DNA of 64,000 bases from contig MU058650.1 of NCBI GenBank assembly GCA_013265495.1, forward strand, positions 399,394-463,393, read 5' to 3'. Below are positions 13,140 through 24,735 of this stretch, piece after piece. Positions within the stretch are counted from its first letter, which is position 1. Every line of letters begins with the position of its first letter. The notes under the pieces were generated by a model. The model was not told the origin of the DNA and did no database searches. It saw only the letters and a program-made list of their open reading frames with translations. The DNA is from Vicugna vicugna. Its lineage: Eukaryota. The position numbers were made by a program, and so were the translations under genes.

Positions 13140-14223
13140 TGAAAGCCTTTGCATACCAAAGTAAACCATGGACAAAAGGAAAAGACAATCTACTGAGGGG
13201 GAGAAAACGTTTGCAAATGATATGACTGGTAAGTGGTTAACAGCCAAAAAAATAAACAGTGCATACAACTGAATCTGTAAAAAATAAACAACCCAATTAA
13301 AAAATGGGCAGATCTGAACACTTTTCCAAAGACGTACAGATGACTGACAGGCACATGAAAAGATGCTCAACATCGCTAAGCATCAGAAAAATGCAAATCA
13401 AAACAACGAGATATCACCTCACAGCTGTCAGGATGGCTATCATCAGAAAGACCACATAAAACAAATGATGGTGAGGATGTGGAGAAAAGGGGACCCTTTA
13501 CACTGTTGATGTAAGTGTGAATTTGTGTAGCCACTGTGGAAAACAGTTTGTAGTTTCCTCAAAACAACTGGAAATGGAACTACCATATGATCCAGCAATC
13601 CCACTCCTGGGGATACACCTGAAGAAAACAAAAACACTTTTCAAAAAGATACATGCACCCTGATGTTAATAGCAGCATTGTTTATAATAGCCATGATATG
13701 GAAGCAACCTAGGTATCCATCACCAGATCAATGGATAAAGACGATCTGGTATATATATTTATGTATATAGATAGTATAATATATATAATGGAATACCTTT
13801 CAGCCATAAAAAGAATAAACTGTGCCATTTGCAACAACATGGATGGACCTGGAGGGTATTATGCTTCGTGAAGTATGTCAGACACAGGAAGATGAATACT
13901 GTATGTTATCACTTATATATGGAATCTAAATGATCAAACTAATGAATATAACAAACACGAAGCCGACTAACAGATATAGAAAATAAACTACTGGTCCCAG
14001 TGGGGAGAGGAAAGAAGAAAACCACAGGATAGGGTTAGGGAATTAAGAAGTACGAACTACTATGTATAAAGTAAATAAGCTACAAGGATGTATTGTACGG
14101 CCCAGGAACATAGGCAATATTTTACAATAACTATAAATGGAGTGTAGTCTATAAAAATTTTGAATCACTATGTGGTACACTTGAAACTAATAATATAATA
14201 AATCAACTATATCTCAATAAAAA
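13140..14223 (+). mobile_element. L1 ORF2 C-terminus plus 3'UTR
   Basis: CACATGAAAAGATGCTCAACATC, ACTACCATATGATCCAGCAATCCCACTCCTGGG and CAACAACATGGATGGACCTGGAGG, ending ATCAACTATATCTCAATAAAAA. Confidence 0.9.
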
Positions 14224-15103
14224 TATATGTATATATCTCATTAGACATAAATTGCAGATGTATTATAGAATTAAATACAAATGAATGCAACATAAAAAAA
14301 ATAAATAAAATGGAATTGATTATTCAAGAATTAAAAAATACACTTAATGTAAAAATTAATATAATTTTGGATCCTATGGTTTCTCTTTTGTAGAATGCTT
14401 TAGGATTACTGTGTCTGAGAACTGATTAGTGTCTTAATCATTCCAGAAAAAAAAAAAATCCCTTTTTTACATTCATTCTATTGTCCTCATTTGAAATCCC
14501 AACTGACCATATAATGTCTCTTACGTATTTTACATTTTACATTCTTTTATTCATATTTCCCCATTTCAAATTCTCTAGACTTATTTTTGGATACTTTCTT
14601 CAGCTCTATCTAATCTGCTTTTAAAGTCATCCACTGAGGGTTTTTCTGTTTTGGTTTGTTTGGTTTTGTTTTTTGTTTTTTTTTTTAGTGTTTTGTTGAT
14701 TGCTTAGAAGTTCTTTGGTCCTTTTCCAAATCTAGTTGTTTCAGTCTTGGGGTTAAAGCTTCTCTTTTGTTTCTTTAATTATATTAAGCATTGTCATTTT
14801 GATCTTGTGTCTGATTCTTTTGATATCTGACAATACTCCAAATCTGTTTTTCTTATCTCCTATTTTTACTAATTCTTACTTACAGTACTTTGTTTTCCTG
14901 TGTGTGTGTATGTGTGTGTTTTCCTTGTTTTGTTTTGTTTTGTTTTTAGTATTAGCCACTCATTTTCTAGAGAACTTTATGGAAGTTCTTTAAGGAGGCG
15001 ATTGAAGTTGAGTTTCTTCATGAAGGGACAGCATTTCCTAGTTTTCTATTATCACTGCTAATGACAGAGCACTTAGATTCACCAATTAAGTTTTATTTGA
15101 TTG

Positions 15104-15150
<47 letters not shown>
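15104..15150. repeat. (ATCT)n tetranucleotide microsatellite, about 11-12 units
   Basis: Directly visible perfect array. Confidence 0.95.
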
Positions 15151-16065
15151 ATCTACCTATAATGTGCTTGATACCTTCCTCCCTTTCCTGAGTTTAGTGA
15201 TATTAGTAGCTTTCAAAAATATTCAACACTATATTTTAATAATTTTAATCAGAAAGGTCACTCGGAGTATCTACTTTGCCAAACTAGAAATATACTCACA
15301 TTTTGAGGCTGTTTTTCTGTATTTTTTAACCCATAGTTGATGAACTAATATAAAACGGCTGCCTTAATCAAGATTACTTTGCCAAATACAAGATTTGGGG
15401 GTTTATGAGGATGCATAGTAAAAACAGTCCTGGGATCTATCAGGTACTGGCAGAAATATAGCCAGGTGACCTCATTCACTCCCAGAGGTAGATCACAGAT
15501 CGCAGAAAGCTCTCAGTACCAAAAAGAGTACAAAACACCAAGAGCTACATTTCCCACAATTTTTGATGTCTCCTCAGTCTTGGGCTCCAACCTTCTAGCT
15601 CTGCCACATAAAAAAAAAAAAAAAATCAGAAGTAACCCTGAGGGCTGAGGGCGTTCATAAGGAACACCTGTGCACTTCCCACAGGAAGTGGTCCAGGTCC
15701 TCCAATTTCTAGCTTCTTATTTCTTGCTCTTTGGGTTTTCTCTCAAACTGATTCTCATCATCACCCTTGCTTGACCCTGGTGGATCCAGGTCATTGACAG
15801 CAGGTTCTTTCCTTGGTTTAACCCTTTAAGCTTTTTCTTTTCTTCCTGATAATTTGTCTTCCACACACCTTTTCCTATTTGGGGGTCATATTCCGTGGGT
15901 TCTTTTCCTGGGTCTGTGAGTTATTTCTAGTTAAGTTTCCTTCCTCTTTGAGCCACTGGCTTAGCTACATCTCTAAGTTATAGTAAGTAGAATTCAAAAG
16001 GGAATTTCTTGCCCTCTCCAGTTAAAGATGCATTACTACTCAAACAAGACTACTGATAGGGTTAC

Positions 16066-16209
16066 CTGAATTGGTTTTCCATCAGGTGTCAGCACCTCTT
16101 CTGAAAGTTCCATCATCTTCAGGGCCATCAGAGCAATGGGTTTAGCATGGCAGAGGCTTTTTCTGTGGAGCCCTGCAGCAACACAGTACGCATCACCTAT
16201 TGTTTCCAC
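16066..16209 (-). CDS. GUCY1A2: Next GUCY1A2 coding exon (cyclase catalytic domain; probably exon 6)
   Basis: Minus strand reads gattcctgcAG|GTG GAA ACA ATA GGT GAT GCG TAC...CCA ATT CAG|GTaacc; 144 nt; encodes [48 protein letters not shown] and continues [12 protein letters not shown] in phase 0. Confidence 0.97.
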
Positions 16210-16627
16210 CTGCAGGAATCAGACAAATCAAATGCAAATGTATGATAATGAGCCAGAATATAAATGGAGTTATCTGCAATCACAAATGTTGCTGGAAAGC
16301 ATGTCAGCAAACCATCAATAAATTAAGCAATCAGACAACTGAGTGTAATCATAGCAGAGTTTGCAAACAGACACAGTCAAATACTAACATTTCACTCCAG
16401 AGCTGTTTGTTCATTGGCATTATCACCATAGACAATCACTGGAACCAGAAACAACTAGAATATAAAATAATTATCCTGCACAAAAGTAAAGTTGTCACTA
16501 TTTTGCCTAGAAGTTTTCCAAATAATGACTTTTTACAAAGCCACTCTCCTGTCCTTTAAACCTTCACTGGGTTGTAGACCTTCACTGGAAGGTAATTTTC
16601 TCCAATTTTTCCCAATTATTCCACACC

Positions 16628-16701
16628 TTTTTTTAGTTTTTTTTTAATTTTTATTTTCTAATTGAAGTATAGTTGATTTATAACATGCTAATTTCAGGTG
16701 T
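16628..16701 (-). mobile_element. Very short L1 3'-end insertion
   Basis: T-tract followed by AATTGAAGTATAGTTGATTTA...TTTCAGGTG, flanked by CACAC(C)TTTTT repeats. Confidence 0.6.
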
Positions 16702-17086
16702 CACACTTTTTGATGTATCTAATTTGTTGTCTGTTTTTTTATTTACTCTTAGTAGTTATGATACCTAACACTTCTTTAATTCATACTCTCTACCACTAAA
16801 TGCATCAACTGTTTTACATAAATTATCTCATTTAATCCTCACACATACCCTAAATGGAAGAAACTAGTATTTGAGAGATGAGATATTGACACGCAGAGAC
16901 CCAGCCATAATCCTACAATTAAAAGAGTTAGCAGGCACTTTCAGAGTCTTTCCAGACCCTGTTATAATCCTGCTGTCAGCATCCATTCTGAATGGCCATT
17001 GCTATTGTTAGATATTTTAAACATTTGCCCAGGGTTAAAACTCCCAGGATTCCAAAGCACAGAATTTGGTATAAAAGTTAGGCACA

Positions 17087-17421
17087 TGAGTCTGTTTCTG
17101 TTTTGTATTTATGTTTTGTTTGTTTGTTTGTTTTTAGATTCCACATAGGAGCGATCTCATATGGTATTTTTCTTTCTCTTTCTGGCTTGCTTCACTTAGA
17201 ATGACATTCTCCAGGAGCATCCATGTTGCTGCAAATGGCATTATATTGTCGGTTTTTATGGGGAAGTACATATAAGATCGTATGGTAGCTCACGGAGAAA
17301 ATAACGTGACAATGAATATATATATATGTTCATGTATAACTGAAAAATTGTGCTTTACACTGGAATTTGACACAACATTGTAAAGTTATTATAAATCAAC
17401 AAAAAATGTTTAACAAAAAAT
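17087..17421 (+). mobile_element. Young L1 3'UTR insertion with 5' inversion
   Basis: Perfect 15-bp TSD TAAAAGTTAGGCACA (17072-17086, 17422-17436); 17087-~17260 is antisense L1 3'UTR and ~17261-17421 is the sense terminal 3'UTR with an A-rich tail. Confidence 0.88.
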
Positions 17422-19602
17422 TAAAAGTTAGGCACAACTCAAATACCTATTCACAACAGATCTGTTTTTAGGAATTAAGTAAAATTAAAAGACTCTATTT
17501 AACACTAAAGATATTTAAGACATAGGTCACTCTTACTAATGGAATGGTTGTTATGTAACCAATCAGAGAAATGATAACCTCTAATCAATAGTAAGGTTTA
17601 AGTTCAAGATTAAGTTTAAGGAATAGGTGATTATTTCCACATTCCTTTCCACTTGGCTTAAACATTCAGATGTGTCTTTAACCACCAATTCTTATCTATT
17701 TCTTTTTCGTCTCCTTTAAAATGTCAGTAATTAATGTAAATTTTGAAAAGCAAAGAAAGGAAAATAGCACACATATACAGGTGATTCCTTATAAAACTGA
17801 CCTGTTGTGTTAGCGTGAACTCACAACTTAAATTTTAAAAGCACATAATCAAATGTTATCACTTATGTTCTTCCATTAGGAATTTATTCCTTTGGGTTAA
17901 TAAACCATTGTTTTCAGAAAAGAAAAAAAGTTAGGTACAACTCATTTCTAGAAGAAATTTCTTTAATTATTCAAAGTAGATATAGTGATAAAATTCTCAA
18001 CAGTTCTAATATTTTAATTAGAAGAAAATAGTTAAATATGGCATTAAATACCCAATTCCAATATCACCTTTTCTGTCAATCCCTCCATGGTCCTTCCATT
18101 AGTTCTTAGTAGAAAAACTAATCCTTCTTTTACTCTGTTTCAACAGCACTTTCCACACCTCTCTTCTATAGCTTTCATCATAGGTTATAATCAATATGTA
18201 TCAGTGTATAATCAATATGTCTCCCTGCTACAGGGCGATCTCTTTAAGAATGAGATCATCTCTTTTTAATCTCTGTATTCATAGTGCTTATGTTAGTGTC
18301 TTAAATATAGCTATGTAATAAATATCCACCAAATGACTAAAGTAATCAGCCGTGTATAACTATCACAGTTATTCTAATCGTTTGTTCACTTGCCCCATTT
18401 ATTTTATGAGTGCCATGTAGACCTGTGTGCCATGTAGATCTGAGTAGGAAAACAAATTGCCTCTAAATGACTGGAGATACTTCTATCATAAATATAACAA
18501 GAATTACAAAATATTCTATTAGTTAAGATTTAACATCAATAATTAAATCTCATGTGAATGCATTCTAACACTTTAATATTAAAAAGCTGTACTGCATTAA
18601 ATTCTGTGAGCACTAACTTAGGGAATATGGTGGCAACACTTCCAAATCTCATGGAACTAGCAATGCCAAAATTATCATTTGATTATCAGAATCTTATCAG
18701 CAAACATGCATCAGAAATGACTCAAATACTCTCAGACCTAGGATGAAGTTCCAAATTTTCACTTGAAGACCTGCTAGCTGATGCCAGAAAACAGAAATTA
18801 AAACCATGCATTAAGAACAGAAAGATGATGCAATGTGAGTCGACAAAAGTTTTATTCTAAGGACTAATAACATACTTCCAAAGAATTCCCATTGAATAAG
18901 ACACTCAACAAATAATAAACATCCAAAATGTGGCCACTGACCACGTCCCCCTAAAAGCACAATGTCCTGTGCTCATCCCCATATTTATCTCATCCTTTTG
19001 TGCCTCTATACAATTCAAAGATGTAGAATGCTGTTAGCTATGCAATTTTAAACTAACTTCTGATTTTCAAATATTAGAACATACAGGCAGTAAATCATTT
19101 GTGTGAACTGAATTATTTTTCAGTCACTCTGAACATGCGCATTCCTGGAGCATAACCTCTTCCTGGAGTCTCCATCCTTACGAAACTTCTCATTAGCATT
19201 ATCTCCATTATTTTTTCAATAAAAATTTATTGAGTTCCACTAAATGTGTATTTCTAGAATTTGTACCACGAGAATACATAAAGATTAGTTATATGTTATA
19301 CTCACTCCTTTGGTGTATACTATGTAATAGTACAGAGAAGATGAACAAATGTTACCAACTGATGTAACAAATGAATCTAATGAAATGCACCACATAAATA
19401 CAAGAAATTCACATTAAAATCCATACAGTATCATGTAAGATTTCATAGCAATTACTTTCCAAATAGCTGAAGACAGACTAGCTATCAGAAACAACAGGAT
19501 CAAGAACTAGGTAAGAAACAGACATCGGAAAACAATGATGTGAAATTCTCGTAACTATTCGTAAACACCCAACATAAAGAAAAAAATCTAAAAGATGTTG
19601 TT

Positions 19603-20012
19603 GTCATCGTATCAGACTAGATCATGCTGCAGTTACAATATAACCTTCAAATAGTAATGCTCTAAAATAACAAAGGTGGGTTTTGTTTTTGTTTTTAATG
19701 TGGCTAATTCATGCAGGTTAAGGGACTGGGGTAGAGGAGAGAAACACTGAGCCAAATCTCTTCACTCCAAGAACAATGCTAACTGAACCTCTTCATCTGA
19801 AGCTAATTGCCAGGGCAGGAGGAGAGAGGCTGTGATTGCACACTAGCTCTTAGAGCCTTCTCCCAGATACGACATACATAGCTTTTCCTCGTGAGTCATT
19901 CACCAAAGCGAGTCACATGACCATGCTTAACATAAAGGAGATGGGAAAATGCAACAAACCTTGTGCCCAGAGAAGGACCAGAAATATTTGGTGAATAGTA
20001 GTTAATGAGCAC
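19603..20012. mobile_element. MaLR LTR (old MLT1-type)
   Basis: ATGCTGCAGTTACAA...TCTAAAATAACAAAGG and CCAAAGCGAGTCACATGACCATGCTTAAC...GGAGATGGGAAAATGCAA...TTGGTGAATAGTA motifs. Confidence 0.65.
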
Positions 20013-20844
20013 ATGAATGAATACGTAATCGCTTAGAAATTTTCAAATAACTAGATGTCTGTAAAGTGCAAGTAATATATGTCTGTGATGTTCTTCTTTC
20101 CTTGCAGGTTTATTCAGCATCTTAACCTGAAAATCTTGGCAGAAACACTACCACCCTGGTAATGCAGCTTTCCATTGAAGCTCCATGCTTCACTCTTCTC
20201 CCTTCATTTAAGTCACTTGTATACACGTTCAGCAGAATCAAATGCTTATGGAAATTTTAGTGGATTCCCTTCAAAATAGTGTCAACTATGCTTCATGAGG
20301 AACAAAGAAAGTGAAAGTTTAATACATCAACTACAGTAGCTCTTCAGATTGTTTCCTTGAGTTAAACCAAAGTTAAATGAGTGGACAATATAAACATACT
20401 ACAGAAATGCTGTCCAAAAAGTTGACTATGATCTGAATTCTTTTATAATTGCCTCAGTGTGTTTTTTTTTCCTTAAAAAGACACCATCTAAAATAGTGCA
20501 TCTCATTTATTTTCAGCATCTCCAACCTGTTCTTAAATGACATTAGATAAGAATAAAGATGACTAAATTAGGCTTGGAGATGGAAAAGACAGTGCTTATG
20601 CAAATGTCTGAAAAATCATACATCCTTTTCTGAACATAAAAGAGGAGCCTTAAATACCAAAAATATTACATAACAACTGTTGTCTCACAGAATATTGTCG
20701 CTTTTAATCAAACTTAAAGAATTTATCTATCTCAGTATATCTTCTCAACACTTCATAATCAAACTCCACACGTTATTCCAGAAATAAAGGTGGTATAAAT
20801 AAACTTCTTAGAGTTATGCATTCACCCTTTTTTATTCATTTTAA

Positions 20845-21040
20845 CTTTACTTTTTATTTTTTTACCTTTTTTTGAGTTACAGTCAGTTTACAATGTTGTA
20901 TCAATTTCTGGTGTACAGCACAATTTTTCAGTCATAGATAAATATACATATATTCATTTTCACTTTTTTTCCGCTGTGAGCTACCACAATATCTTGTATA
21001 TGTTTCCCTGTGCTATACAGTATAAACTTGTTTATCTATT
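20845..21040 (-). mobile_element. Short L1 3'-end insertion
   Basis: T-rich tail then CAGTCAGTTTACAATGTTGTATCAATTTCTGGTGTACAGCA...TTCCCTGTGCTATACAG; same type as 34252-34479 and 62919-63252. Confidence 0.8.
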
Positions 21041-21105
21041 TAGCTTTAGATTAAGTATTTTAAATAATTTATTTTAGTTCCTAATAGAATCTCATTCCCA
21101 TCCGT

Positions 21106-23400
21106 CTCCCTCCCCTCCAGGCGAATGTTCAAGAAATATCTGGAAGGTTTCTTTGAACTCTGGGCACAGTGGGGAGGAAAGAGCGTGTGTGTCGTGGGGG
21201 AGGGTGGCGGTGGTGCTGGGGCTAGGATGAGCTGACAGGAACACTGCACACAATTTGGCAACCAATATTCTCCGTCCCACAGTACTCACGACCACCTCAG
21301 TCCTTCCATCCCGTGGTCCTGGGCCCATCTTCTCTTGGGCTTTCCAGAACTTTGAAAGGGAGTTTGGAGGGAGCGCATAAGAGCAGAGTCAGAGAACTCT
21401 GGCAGTCTACCTTCCTGGACAACCTCCCTCTCTTCATCTGGACACGGTCAAGAGGACAAGCAAATCAGGAAGTGTGCTTTTCTACTTGTTTTTCTTCTTG
21501 TTTTTGGCCTCTAATGTCTTTAAAAACAAAAAAATGAGGTGGGAAGGAGAGTGTCTTCTTTTTCCCTCTCAGCATTTCGCAGAACACTTGGTCACCTGGG
21601 CATGATGAGGTGGGGGAAAGGGAGCTGCTGAATGCGCCACGTTCTTCATGGGCTCACTGGTTGTGGCTACGAGCACCTGATTCTCAGAAAGGATGCCACA
21701 TTCAGGCTTGCTGTGAGGACTGGGCCACACCTGCCAGCCCAGCCACCTGTGTTACGTGAGGCACGGCTCCTGAGTGACAGGGAGAGGGGCGTAGCAGGGG
21801 TGTTTTCTAACGGTTGGCAGGAACCCTGAGTCCACCAGGCAGTTCTGAAGGTCTCTGTGGACAAAAACCAAACAATAGGATTGCTGGTGGTCTGGACAGA
21901 GATTATCCAAAAGGCTGGCCAGAAAAGGCAGAGCATGGCACAGGCCTTCATGAAAACTTGTAAGTAGCAGAAGACCAGGAAAAACCGTGAACTTGGTTAG
22001 GTTTAGAGACCACTTACATTTCCCCTTTCACTTCACACATGCTCAGAAGGGCTCCCCTGTTTATACTCCTGATTTTCCAGATACTCAGCAGGGTGGGTGA
22101 AATGCACTCCTGGCCAAATGTGAAAATCCAGGTGGCAGTGGCCAAGCAGAGGTGACAGGGCCACGGAACGTCCACGAGACCTACTTGAAGTGAACCACTT
22201 GCCACAGACAGCAGGCAAGAACCCAGCTTTTCATATGTTCACTGATACATTCACTCTCTTCAAATATGACCTATAAGTCAAGTACATACATCAAAAGCAA
22301 ATAGGAAGGGCCTGACAAAAACAAAGGTTCGAGCAACGTAGACGAAGGCAATGCCGTCTTTAGCATCATTTTCTTCGCTTAAACAAAGTGATGGCCATGG
22401 CCATAAAAGCTACATTCTTGAAGCTGAGAGGACTGGCAGTCCAGAGGAGCCAAGGGGCAAAGACGCCAGCACGTACACATCGCTGCTGGTCAAGCACAGA
22501 TCTAACATCCGGATTAGGGACAGTTTTCAGAGGGAAACCCAAATATCCCTGAGTATATCCATGAGCTGCCCTTCTGAAAGTAGTCTGATCTCCCTTCACA
22601 TAGCAAGTAGCATTATAAGAGCTGGGCCACGGTTCGCCTTTAATAAGAACATTCTTGTCAGGTCCTAGGAAGCTATGGTCTGAGAACCAGGTGACAAAGA
22701 TACAGGTGATGCCCTGCTCCTGCAGATGAAGGAGTTGGGGCACGAGGTCCTGCCCATATGTTTGGAATGGAAAGAAATGCCATTTGTCCAGAAGACCTGA
22801 CCTCATATTCTTTAATGATCAACTTGTTTCTGCAGTAGAAGTTTGTTCAAAAGAAGACCTTGATGTTGTATCTGTCCTGGGTTATCCGAACTCTTTCATT
22901 CCTAATTAATATGAACCACCAAGCAAATCTACAATGTGGCCCTTAACCCAACAGTGACTGTTGGGTGTAGGACAAAGGGCGATGTCCCTTCTGGAATGAG
23001 GTGTAAGTCTGATGGGTATATTTTGCTCGATGAATCTTGTACCTTCACCCAAGGGCCACTGCATTTGCCCAAACTTGGACTCCAGCTGGAGGAAGGCCCT
23101 GTCAGCCTGAACATTCACTATCCCTAACTCCAGACTCAAGAAAGTCCTTGAAGAGATCACATTTAGAGGCCAGGGCCTTGTCCCCTCCTTCATCTCTAAC
23201 ACTTAATTTTCCTTCCCCACTTCCTCCCTCCTGTCCGTCTCCACTTCATCTCCTCCTCTACTTCCTTCACTGTTTCCTTCTCCAATATTCCCATCTGTCC
23301 ACCTGCTTTTCATTCCATCACTTTCTTTACTTTCCTCACCTATTCTTCTGCCATTAAGAAGATGGCACAGGGTGCCATCAATTGTCATCTTTTTAGCCAA
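21106..23400 (-). pseudogene. TSPYL1/TSPYL6-like processed pseudogene, 3' segment (acidic linker, NAP/SET domain, long 3'UTR)
   Basis: Minus-strand fragments [51 protein letters not shown] (~22787-22831), TWFSDHS, IKGEPWPS and FGFPS (~22525-22545) occur in TSPYL order. Stops at 23203-5, 22906-8 and 22882-4 plus frameshifts. GC-richer sequence continues to ~21100 and is read as 3'UTR (inference). Confidence 0.88.
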
Positions 23401-23798
23401 CTCCCTTCAACCAGCTACTAAGTGAGACCTCTACTCCACTGTGAGCCAGAAGTCTGTAGGATATTCCTGCCAACATGAGCAGTGTGTGGTGGGAGGTCTC
23501 CCTCCCGAAAGCAGGCTGCTCACCAGTACCAGACGTGCTAGAGAACACTGAGGCATCACAGATGATGGCTGGGAGGACGGGGTAGCCTGCATGTTGGCAC
23601 ACCCCTGCTACCTGAACTGTAAAGAACGCTGCACCCCTAGTCGCAGTTGCTGAGACTAGACTGAGCAGTAACCAACACCAAGCAAGAAGAGGCTCCACCT
23701 CCCCCAGGGAGCCCAGCAGCAGCTTCGGCCCCCTTCACAGCTGGCACGTGCACGTTCATGTTAGTCAGACGCTGTAGCGGGAATCCACCTTCACATTT
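23401..23798 (+). pseudogene. Inverted 5' segment of the TSPYL-like retrocopy (5'UTR, start codon, N-terminus)
   Basis: Plus strand has gccaacATGagc (ATG 23475-23477), EASQMMA (cf. TSPYL1 EATQVMA) and KQEEAPPPPGSPAAASA (cf. GQEEGQPPAEGLAAAS), i.e. the N-terminus on the strand opposite the NAP domain. Confidence 0.72.
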
Positions 23799-24735
23799 TC
23801 ATTCCCCTCCCGTAAAACGTTACTACTAAAAAGCAAAACCATTATTAAGCTATTCTTTTTAGGTTTTGTAAATAATCCCGCAACCATTCAATACTAGCAT
23901 CTTCACTATAAGATCCTATTTTTATGTGCTAAAGGTTGGTAATTCTGGAAATAATTTTGAAATAGTAACGATATTAACGTTGCAAAGGACAGAGCTTTGT
24001 ATTTGTGCTCCTTGTAAAGTTCTGTGGAGTAAGAACCACGGTGTGATGAGTCACGAAAGTAACCTCACAGTACTTGTAACTTCCTATGGGTGTTACCCCT
24101 TGTCCTTTAAGGGACTGAAAGTCCTCGATTGGCATTGTTATTAAACTAGACAGACACTTCAGAGGGAGGAGCCCCTGAAAACAAAAGCTCATTTGCTCTG
24201 AAAGCCCAGGGTTATTTTCACACGTGGGCAGCCGTTTTCCCCAGTGTAGCTTTGAATTCACAGCTGATCATTCACAGAGACCCTCACTCAGAGGATGTGT
24301 TATCTACTCTTCTTAAAGGCCCTGAAAAACCTCATGGATGCGCTTAGTATTTTGAAAGGGGAAGTCTCAAAAAGAGAAGAACTATTTCCACTTCACCAAG
24401 TGCACAGCTCTTTTAGGGCCCAGGTCAAACAACACTGGAAACCAAGCAAAGTCTCTCTCAGGACTGAGCCCTCACTTTTCCAAGTTTGCTTTCCCTACTT
24501 CTGGGCTTCTGACTTTCTTATACATATATTTGATGAAAACAATTTTATTTCTATCATGGTATGTATCATGCTGGGGGCGGGGTGTGTGTTTGTATATATT
24601 TATACTCTCCCCCTAGTAAGTATTTCTTTAACTTTGTGTCCCTGGACCCTAGCACAGGACCAGAATGACCAATAAGGTTTTATTAAATGCTTTAAATTTG
24701 TCCAGTATATGTAGGGGTTGAAACGTTCCCTAAGC

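Noticed and set aside
1..16065. alpha2i alternative exon or further downstream GUCY1A2 exons
   Set aside because: I found no sequence resembling the next cyclase exon or the recalled insert peptide; probably outside the window, although my manual scan is not exhaustive.
17926..17943. Third near-copy AAAAGTTAGGTACAACTC of the 17423-17440 target sequence
   Set aside because: An isolated 18-mer with one mismatch and no extended similarity or element between the copies; cannot be told from chance or an old micro-duplication.
20845..21075. mRNA-L1 chimera supplying the retrocopy's poly(A)
   Set aside because: The L1 piece seems to have its own short flanking repeat (TTTTAACTTTA / TTTTAGCTTTA) and lies outside the candidate retrocopy TSD; an independent insertion is simpler.
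22366..23202. Functional TSPYL retrogene
   Set aside because: Multiple stops and frameshifts interrupt the NAP domain, and the start codon is on the other strand.
23393..23698. 101-aa minus-strand ORF with a signal-peptide-like start (MEPLLAWCWLLLSLVSATA)
   Set aside because: It begins at GTG and is the antisense reading of the inverted TSPYL N-terminal segment; no independent support.
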